Origin: Myxococcota bacterium | GTDB taxonomy: Bacteria > Myxococcota_A > SURF-8 | DNA length: 64,000 nt | Assembly (NCBI GenBank): GCA_965140415.1 | Contig: OZ223209.1 | Coordinates: 416,001-480,000 of the forward strand | Direction: 5' to 3' | In this document: one piece after another, positions 42,689-52,578 of the stretch | Layout of the letters: each line of letters opens with the position of its first letter | Numbering within the stretch: position 1 is the stretch's first letter | The notes under the pieces: model-generated | What the model was told of the DNA's origin: nothing | The model's input: only the letters and a program-made list of their open reading frames with translations | The model's database searches: none | Translations under genes and position numbers: made by a program

Positions 42689-42718
42689 TTGACAGATCCT
42701 GATACTCAGCAGTACACT
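42689..42718 (+). promoter_or_regulatory. sigma70 promoter for cytochrome c3
   Basis: TTGACA-18bp-TACACT. Confidence 0.6.
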
Positions 42719-42774
42719 TATAATCCTATCGGATTAGTTAGGTATGGTTTGACTTCGTGCATGGGAGAAAAAGA

Positions 42775-43143
42775 ATGCGGCGCAACCTGTTGTCCATCCT
42801 GGTGATTTTATTGGTACTGACGGCTTTTGTTTCCGTTGCCGTGGCGGTTGCCGATGTGCTGAGTATTCCTGCAAAAAAGGGCACGGTAACATTCAACCAT
42901 GCCGCGCATGAAATTCGCGCGGGGAAAAACTGCCAGACCTGTCATCATGAAATAAAAATCGATAAAAGCGGAAAGGCGGAAAAAGTCGAGAAAGGCTGCC
43001 GGGACTGTCACAAGGCCAGCGCCGTAGAAGGCAACCGCTTTTCCCAGAAGGAAGCCTTCCATCAAACCTGTAAAGGTTGTCACAAGAAAAACAAGAAGGG
43101 TCCGTTAAAATGTTTCGGCTGCCACGCCAAGCCGAAAAAATAG
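42775..43143 (+). CDS. Tetrahaem class III cytochrome c (cytochrome c3 family)
   Basis: Signal peptide, VTFNHAAH, CQTCHH, CRDCH, AFH..CKGCH, CFGCH. Confidence 0.93.
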   Translation: MRRNLLSILVILLVLTAFVSVAVAVADVLSIPAKKGTVTFNHAAHEIRAGKNCQTCHHEIKIDKSGKAEKVEKGCRDCHKASAVEGNRFSQKEAFHQTCKGCHKKNKKGPLKCFGCHAKPKK

Positions 43144-43949
43144 CACGGACAGAATTCCTTAAATTCTGGAAACACGCCGCATTATTGCGCCTCGATCGCG
43201 TGTTGATCGAGCGTCACAGCCCTTCCGGCTGGTTTCAGGCGCTGTGGTCGGAATGCCTGCCTTTGCTCGTTTCGAAAAATGATTGGCGGCGTTTTACGAT
43301 GCAGGCCTATGGTCGCATGCCGATCTTCTCCGAGGACAATCATAACCGTCAGCTATTCGACTGGGAAGCCAAAGCCATCGACACGCAGTTTCCCATTGCA
43401 CCCGCCAATGTATTGGTTGCAGCGGCAGGCGGAGGACGGGAAATGCTGGCGCTGATCGAACGCGGTTTCAAGGTGGCGGGCTTCGATCCTCACCCGGATT
43501 TCATTCAATCTGCAAAAAAACGTCTGTCGCCCGAAAACGTCTGTGCGCTTGAAGTTGCAGGCTACGAAGAACTTCTAAACGGCATCGAAAGCATCGATGC
43601 CGCCGCCCCCTACGATGCGATTCTGTTGGGTTGGGGCAGCCTGGCGCATGTGGGAGAAGATGAGACGAGACGCCGCCTGTTTCAACGGCTGCACGAACTA
43701 TGTCCGAAGGGACCGTTACTGCTTAGCTGGCTTAGCCCTCCGCAACTCGACCGCACGCGCAGAAAAACGAGACGTCGGCTGCAACGAAACAAGATTCTAC
43801 CGGAGCGCATCCGCGATCACTACGACACGCACCTGGGTTTCATTCATCTTTTCGATGAAGGGGAGATCCGACAACTGGCGCAGGAAAACGGCTATCGAAT
43901 CGTGCTGTACGATGAATCTTTAGGACAATGTCATGCGCTACTGAGATAA
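43110..43949 (+). CDS. Class I SAM-dependent methyltransferase-like protein
   Basis: VLVAAAGGGRE...VAGFD, YDAILLGW; start uncertain. Confidence 0.72.
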   Translation: MFRLPRQAEKIARTEFLKFWKHAALLRLDRVLIERHSPSGWFQALWSECLPLLVSKNDWRRFTMQAYGRMPIFSEDNHNRQLFDWEAKAIDTQFPIAPANVLVAAAGGGREMLALIERGFKVAGFDPHPDFIQSAKKRLSPENVCALEVAGYEELLNGIESIDAAAPYDAILLGWGSLAHVGEDETRRRLFQRLHELCPKGPLLLSWLSPPQLDRTRRKTRRRLQRNKILPERIRDHYDTHLGFIHLFDEGEIRQLAQENGYRIVLYDESLGQCHALLR

Positions 43950-43984
43950 AAAAACCGGCCTCGCGTTTTGCACGAAGCCGGTTT
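43948..43984 (-). terminator. Intrinsic terminator (probably for minus-strand 44019 gene)
   Basis: AAACCGGC...GCCGGTTT stem with A7 tract on + strand. Confidence 0.6.
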
Positions 43985-44018
43985 CCAATGCGTTACCTAA
44001 AACAAGGTTTTCCGTTCG

Positions 44019-46352
44019 CTATTGCGCGGTTCGTACACAACGGGCAATGGAGGTGTTCGTTTTGCGGTTGTAAACGATCGGTCCGTTGGTGTCGACCTCG
44101 GCGAGCATAGCCCAAACGGCACTATCCGGTTTGCTGGTGCCTGTAAAATAGCCTGCCGTCATACTGGGAATATCGCTGTATGGCGGAGCGTCCTTGTCGA
44201 AATTGACGATAGTCAACAGCTCCATGAAGGTCGGCAGCCGCCAATCGTTGTATCCGTTCCATTCAAGAGCTTCACAGGTCGACAGAGCGCTTTTCCAGTT
44301 TTTGTAGCCTTCGGTGGACGTTTTCCACATCAGGTTCGCCAAGTGGTCAACCACCACGGTTTCCGTGCTTCCCTCTGTCGAAAAACGCGTGGCGGGCAGT
44401 GTCACTTCTTCGTCGACGCGGACGCAGCGAACCGCGTTTTCCTGTGTTGCGGCTTCACGGTTGGCGTATACGTCGGCGAACTGAACGTAGAAGTATTGGT
44501 TTGCCGGTGCGTGATAGGAAGAAGTCCAGTAGTTTGCACTCGACGTATCCGCAAAGTAGGATCGGTTCACAGCCGGAGCGCCGTCACCCATATCGAACAG
44601 CGAGAGCAGTTCCGCGATACCCGGCAGATGCCAGTCCGAATAGCCGCCGTAATCCAGGTTTTCGCAATAGGCCTCCGCTTCATCTTCCGTACAAAGCGCG
44701 GCATTACCGGCTTCGCAGCCTTGCGGCGCGGTAGAACTGACTCGTTGCCACATCAAGCCGGTCACATCATCTTTTACCACTTCCCCTTCCGTTGCGGCGG
44801 AAGGACAGGGATCGAGCAGGCTTCCGGTGTTGTAACAGGAATAGGAGCGTCCGGTGGTATAATACGTTCCGGCCTGGCCGTAAAAATCTTCGCCACTTGC
44901 CGGGCAGGGATTCAGTTCGCCACTATCGCCGAAGCAGGTGTACTGCGCAGTTGGAATGTTCCAGCAGAAGGCATGGCGGCAGTAATCTTCCGGGTAAACG
45001 GTGCCACTCTCTTCTTCGACTTCCGCCTCCGCTTCGGGTTCCGCTTCCGGTTCAAGTTCCTCTTCCGGTTCGATTTCAGCTTCCAGTTCTTCTTCCATAT
45101 CCGCTTTGACTTCTGCATCCAAGTCGCCATCGGATTCCATTTCCCACACATCCGCTTCCGTCAGATCGAGATCGCCATCTACTGCGTGTTCTTCTTCCGC
45201 AACTTCAAGCTCGACATCTCCATCTGTAACCATGTCTTCTTCAACATCCATGTCAGGGTCGTCATCGCCATCCGGCGTACCTTCCGTGCCGTCCCCGTCA
45301 ACGTCCCCATCGATGATCGTGTCGCCGTCTGCATCACCATCTAAATCGTCCTTATCCGCAGGCGGTATCACATGGTCTTCATCGCCAAGCGCATCACCGT
45401 CTGCCGCGTTTCCTTCACCGATGGTCACCACCCAGTTGCGATACAGACCGACGCCTTTTTCTCCTTGTAACGCCCAGAGAAATACCACCTGGTCGCCGAC
45501 TTCGAGATTGCTTCCGAGTGTGCATTCAATGGGGATCGAACGCACCGATTCCCCAGCCGCCGAGCTTCCGCCGCGTTTTCTTGCTGTAGTCAGATCCACC
45601 GGAATCTTTTTGTAACCGGGATAATTGGGAGTGGACACAATGACGAACTCGACGGTGCCATCGAAATCCGTTTGTAGATCGAGCGAAAAAGAAGCACCCG
45701 GCATCAGTTTATCCGGTGCATCGATCAAGGAAATCTGGGGAACCTCCTGACCGGACAGGCCCTGCGGGCGTCCGCTGTCGAAGCTCTCTTCGCCTTGGGC
45801 GCTGATCAGTTCCAGACTTTCCGAAACCGCGTAGTTCGAATGCACATCATCGGAGATCGTCACAGTCTGCGCAACGTAAGCACCAAGTACGCCGTCGGCG
45901 GTTTTAAGCGCGAAATACAGGGTAAAGGTTTGTCCTGCCAGTTCCATTTCGTTTCGAAGAATACCGGACAGATCGACGAGACCCGTAATCGGAGACGCAC
46001 CGACCTTGATATAGCCGTCAGCCTTCACGCCGTCTTTCTCGGCATACATGATGGTTTCTTCCACAAGCTCCGGCTCTCCAAAATCGGTTTGCAGGGTAAT
46101 GGCAAATGGTGCTCCCAGTTGCAGGCTGCTTGCTTGGATGGAACTGATCTGCGGAGCATCGGTGCTGTCGCTTCCTTCGGGAATATCTCCTTCGATGGTT
46201 TCACCGTTGTCGAAATCAAGTGCGTCGGTCAATCGATCGGCCAACTCGGATGCAACTTCACCCGCATCGGTATCCGAAGAACAGGCGGGAAGCAGTGCGA
46301 GAAGAAGAACGGTCAGCAACAGGAACTGGATCGTGCGGCAATGGTTGTTCAT
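44019..46352 (-). CDS. Lipoprotein with duplicated N-terminal domain, DGD/Glu-rich linker and two DUF1566 (Lcl-like) domains
   Basis: LLPAC lipobox; VKDDVTGLMWQ...GYSDWHLP...VRCVR and VVDHLANLMWK...GYNDWRLPT...ARCVR. Confidence 0.85.
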   Translation of the reverse strand: MNNHCRTIQFLLLTVLLLALLPACSSDTDAGEVASELADRLTDALDFDNGETIEGDIPEGSDSTDAPQISSIQASSLQLGAPFAITLQTDFGEPELVEETIMYAEKDGVKADGYIKVGASPITGLVDLSGILRNEMELAGQTFTLYFALKTADGVLGAYVAQTVTISDDVHSNYAVSESLELISAQGEESFDSGRPQGLSGQEVPQISLIDAPDKLMPGASFSLDLQTDFDGTVEFVIVSTPNYPGYKKIPVDLTTARKRGGSSAAGESVRSIPIECTLGSNLEVGDQVVFLWALQGEKGVGLYRNWVVTIGEGNAADGDALGDEDHVIPPADKDDLDGDADGDTIIDGDVDGDGTEGTPDGDDDPDMDVEEDMVTDGDVELEVAEEEHAVDGDLDLTEADVWEMESDGDLDAEVKADMEEELEAEIEPEEELEPEAEPEAEAEVEEESGTVYPEDYCRHAFCWNIPTAQYTCFGDSGELNPCPASGEDFYGQAGTYYTTGRSYSCYNTGSLLDPCPSAATEGEVVKDDVTGLMWQRVSSTAPQGCEAGNAALCTEDEAEAYCENLDYGGYSDWHLPGIAELLSLFDMGDGAPAVNRSYFADTSSANYWTSSYHAPANQYFYVQFADVYANREAATQENAVRCVRVDEEVTLPATRFSTEGSTETVVVDHLANLMWKTSTEGYKNWKSALSTCEALEWNGYNDWRLPTFMELLTIVNFDKDAPPYSDIPSMTAGYFTGTSKPDSAVWAMLAEVDTNGPIVYNRKTNTSIARCVRTAQ

Positions 46353-46553
46353 TTGAATTTACCTCCAACGGTTACAGGAGTGTAACGAATCTAAACTAGA
46401 TCGCTTTTTCTATCTCATTTTAGATGTTACGTCAACATAATGACTCTATTTCTTAACACATTCTAAAGATAGTTATTCGCAGGGGAAGCAAGAAAAATTA
46501 TACAACTATCCCATCTCCCCACACCATCCTATTGCCTGATTCGAAGACACAAC

Positions 46554-49500
46554 TTAGTAGCAGTAGTTGCTCAGCTCGGTATAGCTTTCAGAGTAGCACT
46601 GGGCGCAGAGGATCTGCCCTGTCGTGCCGTTCTTTGCACCGGCGCTGACTTGGGACGAACCGAAATAAATGTGCGTGGAGGGCCCACCCGCGCTAGCCGT
46701 AATGGCGCTCTGGTTCCCGTACAACACCGAATGATCAATGTACAAGTTGTAGGCAACGCCAACAATAGAACTCTGATTGGATACAAGCATAGACTGATCG
46801 CCAGAACTGTCGTTGCTCAATTTACTTCCGCGAATGCTTCCCTTGGCCGTTTCAATCATGCGGAAAGTGTGAGCGGTGTATGAGGAACACTCGTATAGTT
46901 CAATTTCACTGTCCGTAACGGTCGTGCTGATACCGTTATTGCTCAACACGCCCACGGCGGTGGCGTTCATATCACCGCGCACCTTGATTCGACTATTGCG
47001 TATGGATACTTCGGCGATATAGGCGTAAATGCCGTATTGAGCAGTGGTCGTATCCGATCCAAGCACGGAAATGGTACTGTCCACCATTTCCAGAATCATA
47101 TTCTCGGAAGTTCCGCCATTGCCTTCGATGGTGATGCCGTAGTGAGAGGCATCATCGCCGGTGACCGTAATGGAAACATGATCCAGCATCAGGCTTCCGG
47201 CCATCGAAGCAACCGTGTGAGTAATTCCACGGCAATTGCCTGCATTTCCGGTTTCGATGGAAACATACAGTAAGGAGGGTGAAACGCCCTCGCTGTAAAA
47301 TGCGGTTGCGAACGTGCCTCCACCGCGATTCTTGATGCTTAAGTGGCGCAGTTGCGAGTTATTGTTTCCTACAATGGTTCCGGCATTGACACCGCTATGG
47401 CTGTCGGACGTAATGAAGGTCATGCCCTGACCCGAACCTTCGATGTCTACGTATTGCTGCATGTACAGGCTGGCGTTCTGTAGATCGAATTCACCGGGTC
47501 CGATTTTAACCAGATATGGCGAAGTTGCGGATGCTCCGGTAATACCATTGACAGTATTGAGCAGCCGTTCTCCGTCGGCGGCGCTGTCACCGGTGGAATA
47601 AACATGAATCGTTTGGGAATACTCAGCCAGCATTCGGAATTTCGCACCGCCATCGTTACTGACTTCGAAGCGATCCGCTCCCGAGCTGTAACGCAGGATG
47701 CCGTCCGGGCTTATACCCTGCTTGGCGACGATCCAGACATCGGTGTCGTTGGTGTCGTCACCTACGGTCAGATCCTGCCCGACCACCATGCTACCGTCCG
47801 TTTGAAGTGTGCTGCTCATCGGTGAATAAAGGTTCGTACCACCGATAGTCATTTCAAAACCGCTGCCGCTTACATTCGGGAAACTGACGCTACCGGCATT
47901 TACGGTAAAGAGATCGCTGGAAGAGATACCCAAACTGGCATCGCCTTGTACTTCCAAGGTGGAGAGGGTCGCTCCTGCCGGAGTCGTTGCGCCGATTTCC
48001 GTATTGTCGATCGAGCCGCCACTAATGGTCAAGTTGTCCGCCACTTCGTTATCCGCCCAGGGATAAGTCGTGTTAACCCAGTTTCCGGTCAAGGTCTCCG
48101 CCGCCGTGATATCCGGTCCGACGCTATCGATACCGCATTCCCAAGCAGTCGAACTGATGTTCCACTTGAGCACGTAGCCATCTTCGCAGCTTGAGAGCAG
48201 ACCGAAATCCGTGCCGCTCATTTCCAGACCGCGATTGGTTAAAACATCATACGTAGTATCATCGTCCACGCCGTCGGAGAAACCGCTGGGAACGCTTTGC
48301 AATTCGCTCCAACTATGACCATGATCGCTGCGGGAAGCCTGGGTACTGGTACCGTCGCTATCGAAATTCACGGCCAAGCTCAGATCGCCGCTCGTGCCGC
48401 CGCCGGTCAAGCCGTCTCCGGCCGTCACGCCGGTCACATCGCCGCTGGTGGGCGCATAGGTTTCACAGATCCAGCTCGATCCGGAAAACTTCAGAATGGA
48501 GTTGGCCGAACAGCTTTTGATCAAACCGATCATGTTGCTGCCATCGATTTCGATACCGTTCGTTACATCGCCGCTGTAGATGGTATCATTGTCCACGCCA
48601 TCAGCAAAGCCGCTGGGGATGGTCTGAATTTCACTCCAGTCGTGCAGGTGGTCACTGCGAGACACCTGTGTGCTGCTGCCATTGGTATCGAAATTCACAG
48701 CCAGGTTCAAATCGCCGCTCGTGCCGCCTCCGGTCAAGCCGTTTCCGGCAGTCACGCCGGTCACGTCGCCACTACCGACCTCGTCGATACGGCATTCCCA
48801 AAACGATCCCGACTGATCCCATTTCAATATGTAGCCGTCATCGCAGGTGGAGAGCAGACCAAACTGGGTGCCATTCATTTCCAAGCCGCGATTGGTCTGC
48901 ACGCTATAGGTGGTATCGTTGTCCACGCCATCGGAGAAGCCGCTGGGAATACTTTGCAATTCACTCCAATCGTGTTGATGGTCGCTGCGGGCAACCTGGC
49001 TGCTGGAACCGTCGCTGTCGAAGTCTACCGCCAATGAAACACTCCCCGCATCACCACCGCCGGTCAGACCCGTACTTGCGATAACGTCAGTGATGTCCCC
49101 GCTCGATGTGGTGTAGGGTTCACAGATCCAACTTGTTCCGGTGTATTTTAGCACGGATTCGGGCGAGCAGCTTTTGATCAGACTGATCGCGTTACTGCCG
49201 TCGATTTCGATACCGTTCGTCGCATCGCCGCTGTAGGTGGTGTCGTCGTCCACGCCGTCGACAAAACCGCTGGGGATGCTTTGCAATTCGCTCCAGTCGT
49301 GTAGATGGTCGCTGCGGGAAACCTGCGTACTGCTGCCATCACCATCGAAATTCACCGCCAGACTCAAATCACCACTCGTACCGCCACCGGTCAAGCCGTC
49401 GCCCGCCGTTACGCCGGTAACATCGCCAGTGCCGCTTTCATCGGGGGCACAGATCCAAGCCGGGATTTCCGAATCCCATTTCAGCACTTCGCCTCTTCCA

Positions 49501-50930
49501 CAGGTCGAAAGTAAGCCGAAGTCATTACCGGTTATTTCCAGACCGCGATTAGTCTGAACGCCATAGGTGGTATCGTTGTCCAGATCTGTTGCGCAATACC
49601 AGGTACTGCCGCCGAGATCCCATTTTAAGACCTGACCGTCTGTGCAGCCAGGCAGCAGACCAACCTGGGTACCATCGAAATACAACCCGCCGCCTGTGGT
49701 GGCGCTGTAAAGTGTGTCGGCATCGGTATCGCAGTTCCAGAGCTGACTGGTATCGTTCCAGCGCAGCACGTTGCCTTCGTTGCAGTTGCCGACCAGTCCG
49801 ATTTCCGTACCGCTGACTTCGATGCCTCGTCCGCTCATGGCGCTGTAGGTCGTGCCGGTGGTATCGATCAGGACGCAGTCCCACTGCTGTTCGAGCGCAT
49901 TCCAGGCCAAGACCTGATCCGCGCCGCAGTCGGTGCGTAAGCCGATTTCATTGGCGCTGATAACCATGCCGCCGCCGGTGGCGGGATTGTATTGCGTATC
50001 GGCATCGGTGGAACATTCCCAGTTTTGGTTGGTGTTGTTCCAGCGTAGAATCTCGCCATCGGCGCAGGTGGCGATCAAACCGATTTCCGTACCGCTCACT
50101 TCAATACCGCGATCGATCATCGCCGTGTATACGGTGCTCGATCCGCCGATGGTCGTACATTCCCAACCCGATAAGGCGGCATTCCAATGCAATACCTGCG
50201 TATCGCTGCATTGGGTCGATAGGCTGATGGTGCCATTGGCGATTTCCAAGCCGCTGCCCGCAACGGCGCTGTACTGAGTGTCGTCGTCGACGCCGTCGGC
50301 AAAGCCTTCCGGGATCTGCTGGATTTCGCTCCAGAGATGGCTGTGAGTCGATTCGGAAAATCCTTCCAGGCGCGTATCGATTTCGGTTTCGGTGTAATAC
50401 AGATCGTCGTGATCGTGGGTGACGGGAGGAAATTCCTCTGGTTTATCCGTGATTTCATCCCAGGCGTGATCATGTCCGGCAAAACTGAAGGCGTCCGCTT
50501 CCATGCCTTGAATACTCTGTGCATCGCCAGCCGAAAGGGCGTAAGGCACCGACGTAACCCGGAGTTTTCCCGGCAGCAGCAGATCTTCATCGACCAGATA
50601 AACCTGGAAAGCCAAGGCGCGACCTGCATTTTGCGTCAGAATCGGCGCTAATGAACCAGGAGTCTGATTGCCACTGACGCCCAATTCCACGCTGAGCCAG
50701 CCATCGAGCGTTTCTACATCGGCAAACGTTTCCGTCCATAGTACAGTATCGGTATCGCCGGTTTCAAGCAGGCGAACTTCCACCCCACCCTGATAGGAGA
50801 ACCCCGCATCGCCGTCGAATATGCGCGCGGAAAGTTGCACCGAGGTCGGTGGAGCCGCCTGGACCATAGGCAGCCACAACACGATCAGGGCCAGAATGAT
50901 GAAAAGTCGAATTGTTGAAGTCAGGGACAT
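46554..50930 (-). CDS. Large secreted repeat fibre/adhesin-like protein (1458 aa)
   Basis: Signal peptide; LWTET...SVELG...SVPYAL N-domain; HDHDDLYYTETEID; 10 C-x(3-4)-VLxW-x(n)-WxC units; 4 GDVTGVTAGDGLTGGG units; C-terminal beta-helix-like region (YLVKIGPGEF). Confidence 0.8.
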   Translation of the reverse strand: MSLTSTIRLFIILALIVLWLPMVQAAPPTSVQLSARIFDGDAGFSYQGGVEVRLLETGDTDTVLWTETFADVETLDGWLSVELGVSGNQTPGSLAPILTQNAGRALAFQVYLVDEDLLLPGKLRVTSVPYALSAGDAQSIQGMEADAFSFAGHDHAWDEITDKPEEFPPVTHDHDDLYYTETEIDTRLEGFSESTHSHLWSEIQQIPEGFADGVDDDTQYSAVAGSGLEIANGTISLSTQCSDTQVLHWNAALSGWECTTIGGSSTVYTAMIDRGIEVSGTEIGLIATCADGEILRWNNTNQNWECSTDADTQYNPATGGGMVISANEIGLRTDCGADQVLAWNALEQQWDCVLIDTTGTTYSAMSGRGIEVSGTEIGLVGNCNEGNVLRWNDTSQLWNCDTDADTLYSATTGGGLYFDGTQVGLLPGCTDGQVLKWDLGGSTWYCATDLDNDTTYGVQTNRGLEITGNDFGLLSTCGRGEVLKWDSEIPAWICAPDESGTGDVTGVTAGDGLTGGGTSGDLSLAVNFDGDGSSTQVSRSDHLHDWSELQSIPSGFVDGVDDDTTYSGDATNGIEIDGSNAISLIKSCSPESVLKYTGTSWICEPYTTSSGDITDVIASTGLTGGGDAGSVSLAVDFDSDGSSSQVARSDHQHDWSELQSIPSGFSDGVDNDTTYSVQTNRGLEMNGTQFGLLSTCDDGYILKWDQSGSFWECRIDEVGSGDVTGVTAGNGLTGGGTSGDLNLAVNFDTNGSSTQVSRSDHLHDWSEIQTIPSGFADGVDNDTIYSGDVTNGIEIDGSNMIGLIKSCSANSILKFSGSSWICETYAPTSGDVTGVTAGDGLTGGGTSGDLSLAVNFDSDGTSTQASRSDHGHSWSELQSVPSGFSDGVDDDTTYDVLTNRGLEMSGTDFGLLSSCEDGYVLKWNISSTAWECGIDSVGPDITAAETLTGNWVNTTYPWADNEVADNLTISGGSIDNTEIGATTPAGATLSTLEVQGDASLGISSSDLFTVNAGSVSFPNVSGSGFEMTIGGTNLYSPMSSTLQTDGSMVVGQDLTVGDDTNDTDVWIVAKQGISPDGILRYSSGADRFEVSNDGGAKFRMLAEYSQTIHVYSTGDSAADGERLLNTVNGITGASATSPYLVKIGPGEFDLQNASLYMQQYVDIEGSGQGMTFITSDSHSGVNAGTIVGNNNSQLRHLSIKNRGGGTFATAFYSEGVSPSLLYVSIETGNAGNCRGITHTVASMAGSLMLDHVSITVTGDDASHYGITIEGNGGTSENMILEMVDSTISVLGSDTTTAQYGIYAYIAEVSIRNSRIKVRGDMNATAVGVLSNNGISTTVTDSEIELYECSSYTAHTFRMIETAKGSIRGSKLSNDSSGDQSMLVSNQSSIVGVAYNLYIDHSVLYGNQSAITASAGGPSTHIYFGSSQVSAGAKNGTTGQILCAQCYSESYTELSNYCY
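48150..49581 (-). repeat. 657-bp period tandem duplication within fibre gene
   Basis: Equivalent DxDTTYxVxTNRGLE codons near 49552, 48895 and 48238. Confidence 0.85.
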
Positions 50931-50944
50931 GAGCTTCCTCCTGC

Positions 50945-52096
50945 TTATCGACCGATTAGACCGTCAGCCGTAGGGCCAAGGGTCATGCGTGTTTGTAGGT
51001 TCGCTCCGCTTACGAGCGCGGTAGGATACAGAAAAGCGGGTTGCACCCGAAAATCCAGCGGTGTGGTGTCCGTATCCGGATCGGAATCGACATCGAGATC
51101 CTGATCGCCATCGCTTTCCGGCGCGACTTCCTCATCGAGATCGGAGTCGCCCCCTTGATCCCCATCGGGAAGAACCACCGTTCCACCGATTACAATGCTC
51201 CAGCCTCGATACAGACCGACCGTTCCATCTTCCGTTTTCAGGGCAAACATGAAGGTGACGACATCTCCGGCAGAGAGTTTTTCGGCATCCAGTGTGCCTT
51301 CAACGCGCATCACACGGCCTTTGTCGGTATCGATCAGTGAGCCTTCGACATCGAAGTAGCTGGTGCTGTTGGGCAAGGTCATGATGGCGCTGATAATCGG
51401 AGTGGAACCCTGATAATCGGTGAATAGATCGATGGTAAACGTATTTCCGGGCAGTAACAGGTCCGGGCCCTCGATTTTCTTGATCTGGGCGGCGGTGTCG
51501 CTGCCGCTGCCGCGCGGAGCCTCTTCGTTGATCAAGGTGGCATTGTCGCCAAAAGCGACGGTATCGACTGGCTCGCTCAATTCCTGCGGAGGCTCATCGG
51601 GAATGGCGAAGTTGGTAGGCCGATACAAACCCGTGCGGCCATCGCTGGTCTGTAGTGCGAAATTAAGGGTGAACGACATGCCTTGCAATGTCGGATCCCC
51701 CTTCAGGGTTCCGAACAGGGTCACCAGATTTTCGAACAATGCTGCCGGAACCGCGATATAGCCGCTGGCTCCAACGACCTGCACGATGACTTTATCTACC
51801 TTTTCCGGTTGTTCGAAGGCGCTGGAAATGCCGACGGAAAACGAGGCTCCCAGCCGGAAGCTGTCCGGACCGTTGATTACGACGATCTGAGGCGCACCGG
51901 AACCGGCTTCACCTTTGGGAGGCTGACTGTCTTCATATTCGCCGTCTTCGAATTCGAGTGCGTCGGTCAATCGGTCGGCCAGCTCGCCGGCCAACTCTCC
52001 GGCGTCGGTGCCGGAATGGCAGGAGGATAGCCACAACGCGGGAAGCAGCAGAAAAAGAACCGGCAACATCGGCGCGAGTGAGCGAGATGTAGTCAT
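50945..52096 (-). CDS. Lipoprotein, paralogue of the N-terminal half of 44019-46352
   Basis: LSSC lipobox; ELADRLTDALxF shared with 44019 gene; internal duplicated PQI...FALxTxDG..GLY domain. Confidence 0.85.
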   Translation of the reverse strand: MTTSRSLAPMLPVLFLLLPALWLSSCHSGTDAGELAGELADRLTDALEFEDGEYEDSQPPKGEAGSGAPQIVVINGPDSFRLGASFSVGISSAFEQPEKVDKVIVQVVGASGYIAVPAALFENLVTLFGTLKGDPTLQGMSFTLNFALQTSDGRTGLYRPTNFAIPDEPPQELSEPVDTVAFGDNATLINEEAPRGSGSDTAAQIKKIEGPDLLLPGNTFTIDLFTDYQGSTPIISAIMTLPNSTSYFDVEGSLIDTDKGRVMRVEGTLDAEKLSAGDVVTFMFALKTEDGTVGLYRGWSIVIGGTVVLPDGDQGGDSDLDEEVAPESDGDQDLDVDSDPDTDTTPLDFRVQPAFLYPTALVSGANLQTRMTLGPTADGLIGR

Positions 52097-52354
52097 ATCA
52101 TCTTCCGTTCGATTGCGAGGGAAACGCGTCCATACCTGAACGAGTTCCCATCGATCATCGTTTCATTTCACGTTACAGAGGAACTACCCACCTATTAAAA
52201 TAGCATGAAACCCCAATCTCTTCAACTTTAGATCGAAAAAGAGGGTCGATTATTCAAACCTATTTATCACAATAATATCAAATACATACAATCATCTTGC
52301 ACAATGTCGGCAGAAAGCGGCTAGTGCTTTTGTAAGCATCGGGTCGCTAAAGTC

Positions 52355-52384
52355 TTGACAGGGCAAATCGTTCTTGCCTATCCT
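52355..52384 (+). promoter_or_regulatory. sigma70 promoter
   Basis: TTGACA-18bp-TATCCT; predicted start site ~52390. Confidence 0.6.
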
Positions 52385-52388
52385 ATAG

Positions 52389-52561
52389 ACAACTGGAGAT
52401 ATTCGCCACCAGTGAACCGGTGGGTCCGCATATGCATATGCGGGAGGCTTCTGAAAAACAGTGGAGGGGCGGTGAGTCGGTCGGGTTGCTCGCAAATCAT
52501 GCCGCGAGTAATTCGACTGAGTGTGTTGATCGACTGGCGGATGTGAGTGGTAATCAGTTGT
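52389..52561 (+). ncRNA. Candidate structured RNA / 5' leader (unassigned)
   Basis: Closing stems ACAACTG/CAGTTGT and ATATTCGCCA/TGGCGGATGT; internal hairpins 52426-52443 and 52480-52517 with G-U pairs. Confidence 0.5.
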
Positions 52562-52578
52562 TGAAAGGATCTCGTACG

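Noticed and set aside
44019-44400. DUF1566 C-terminus as a diversity-generating retroelement target
   Set aside because: No reverse transcriptase and no near-identical template repeat with adenine-specific mismatches seen in the window; a remote DGR cannot be excluded
46554-50930. Prophage tail gene
   Set aside because: Has a signal peptide; no terminase, capsid, integrase or other phage genes nearby
52528-52560. ZTP (pfl) riboswitch from GACTGGCGGA...GTGG
   Set aside because: Lacks the complementary CCAC, the GGGAG segment and the downstream GCCTGGGC hairpin
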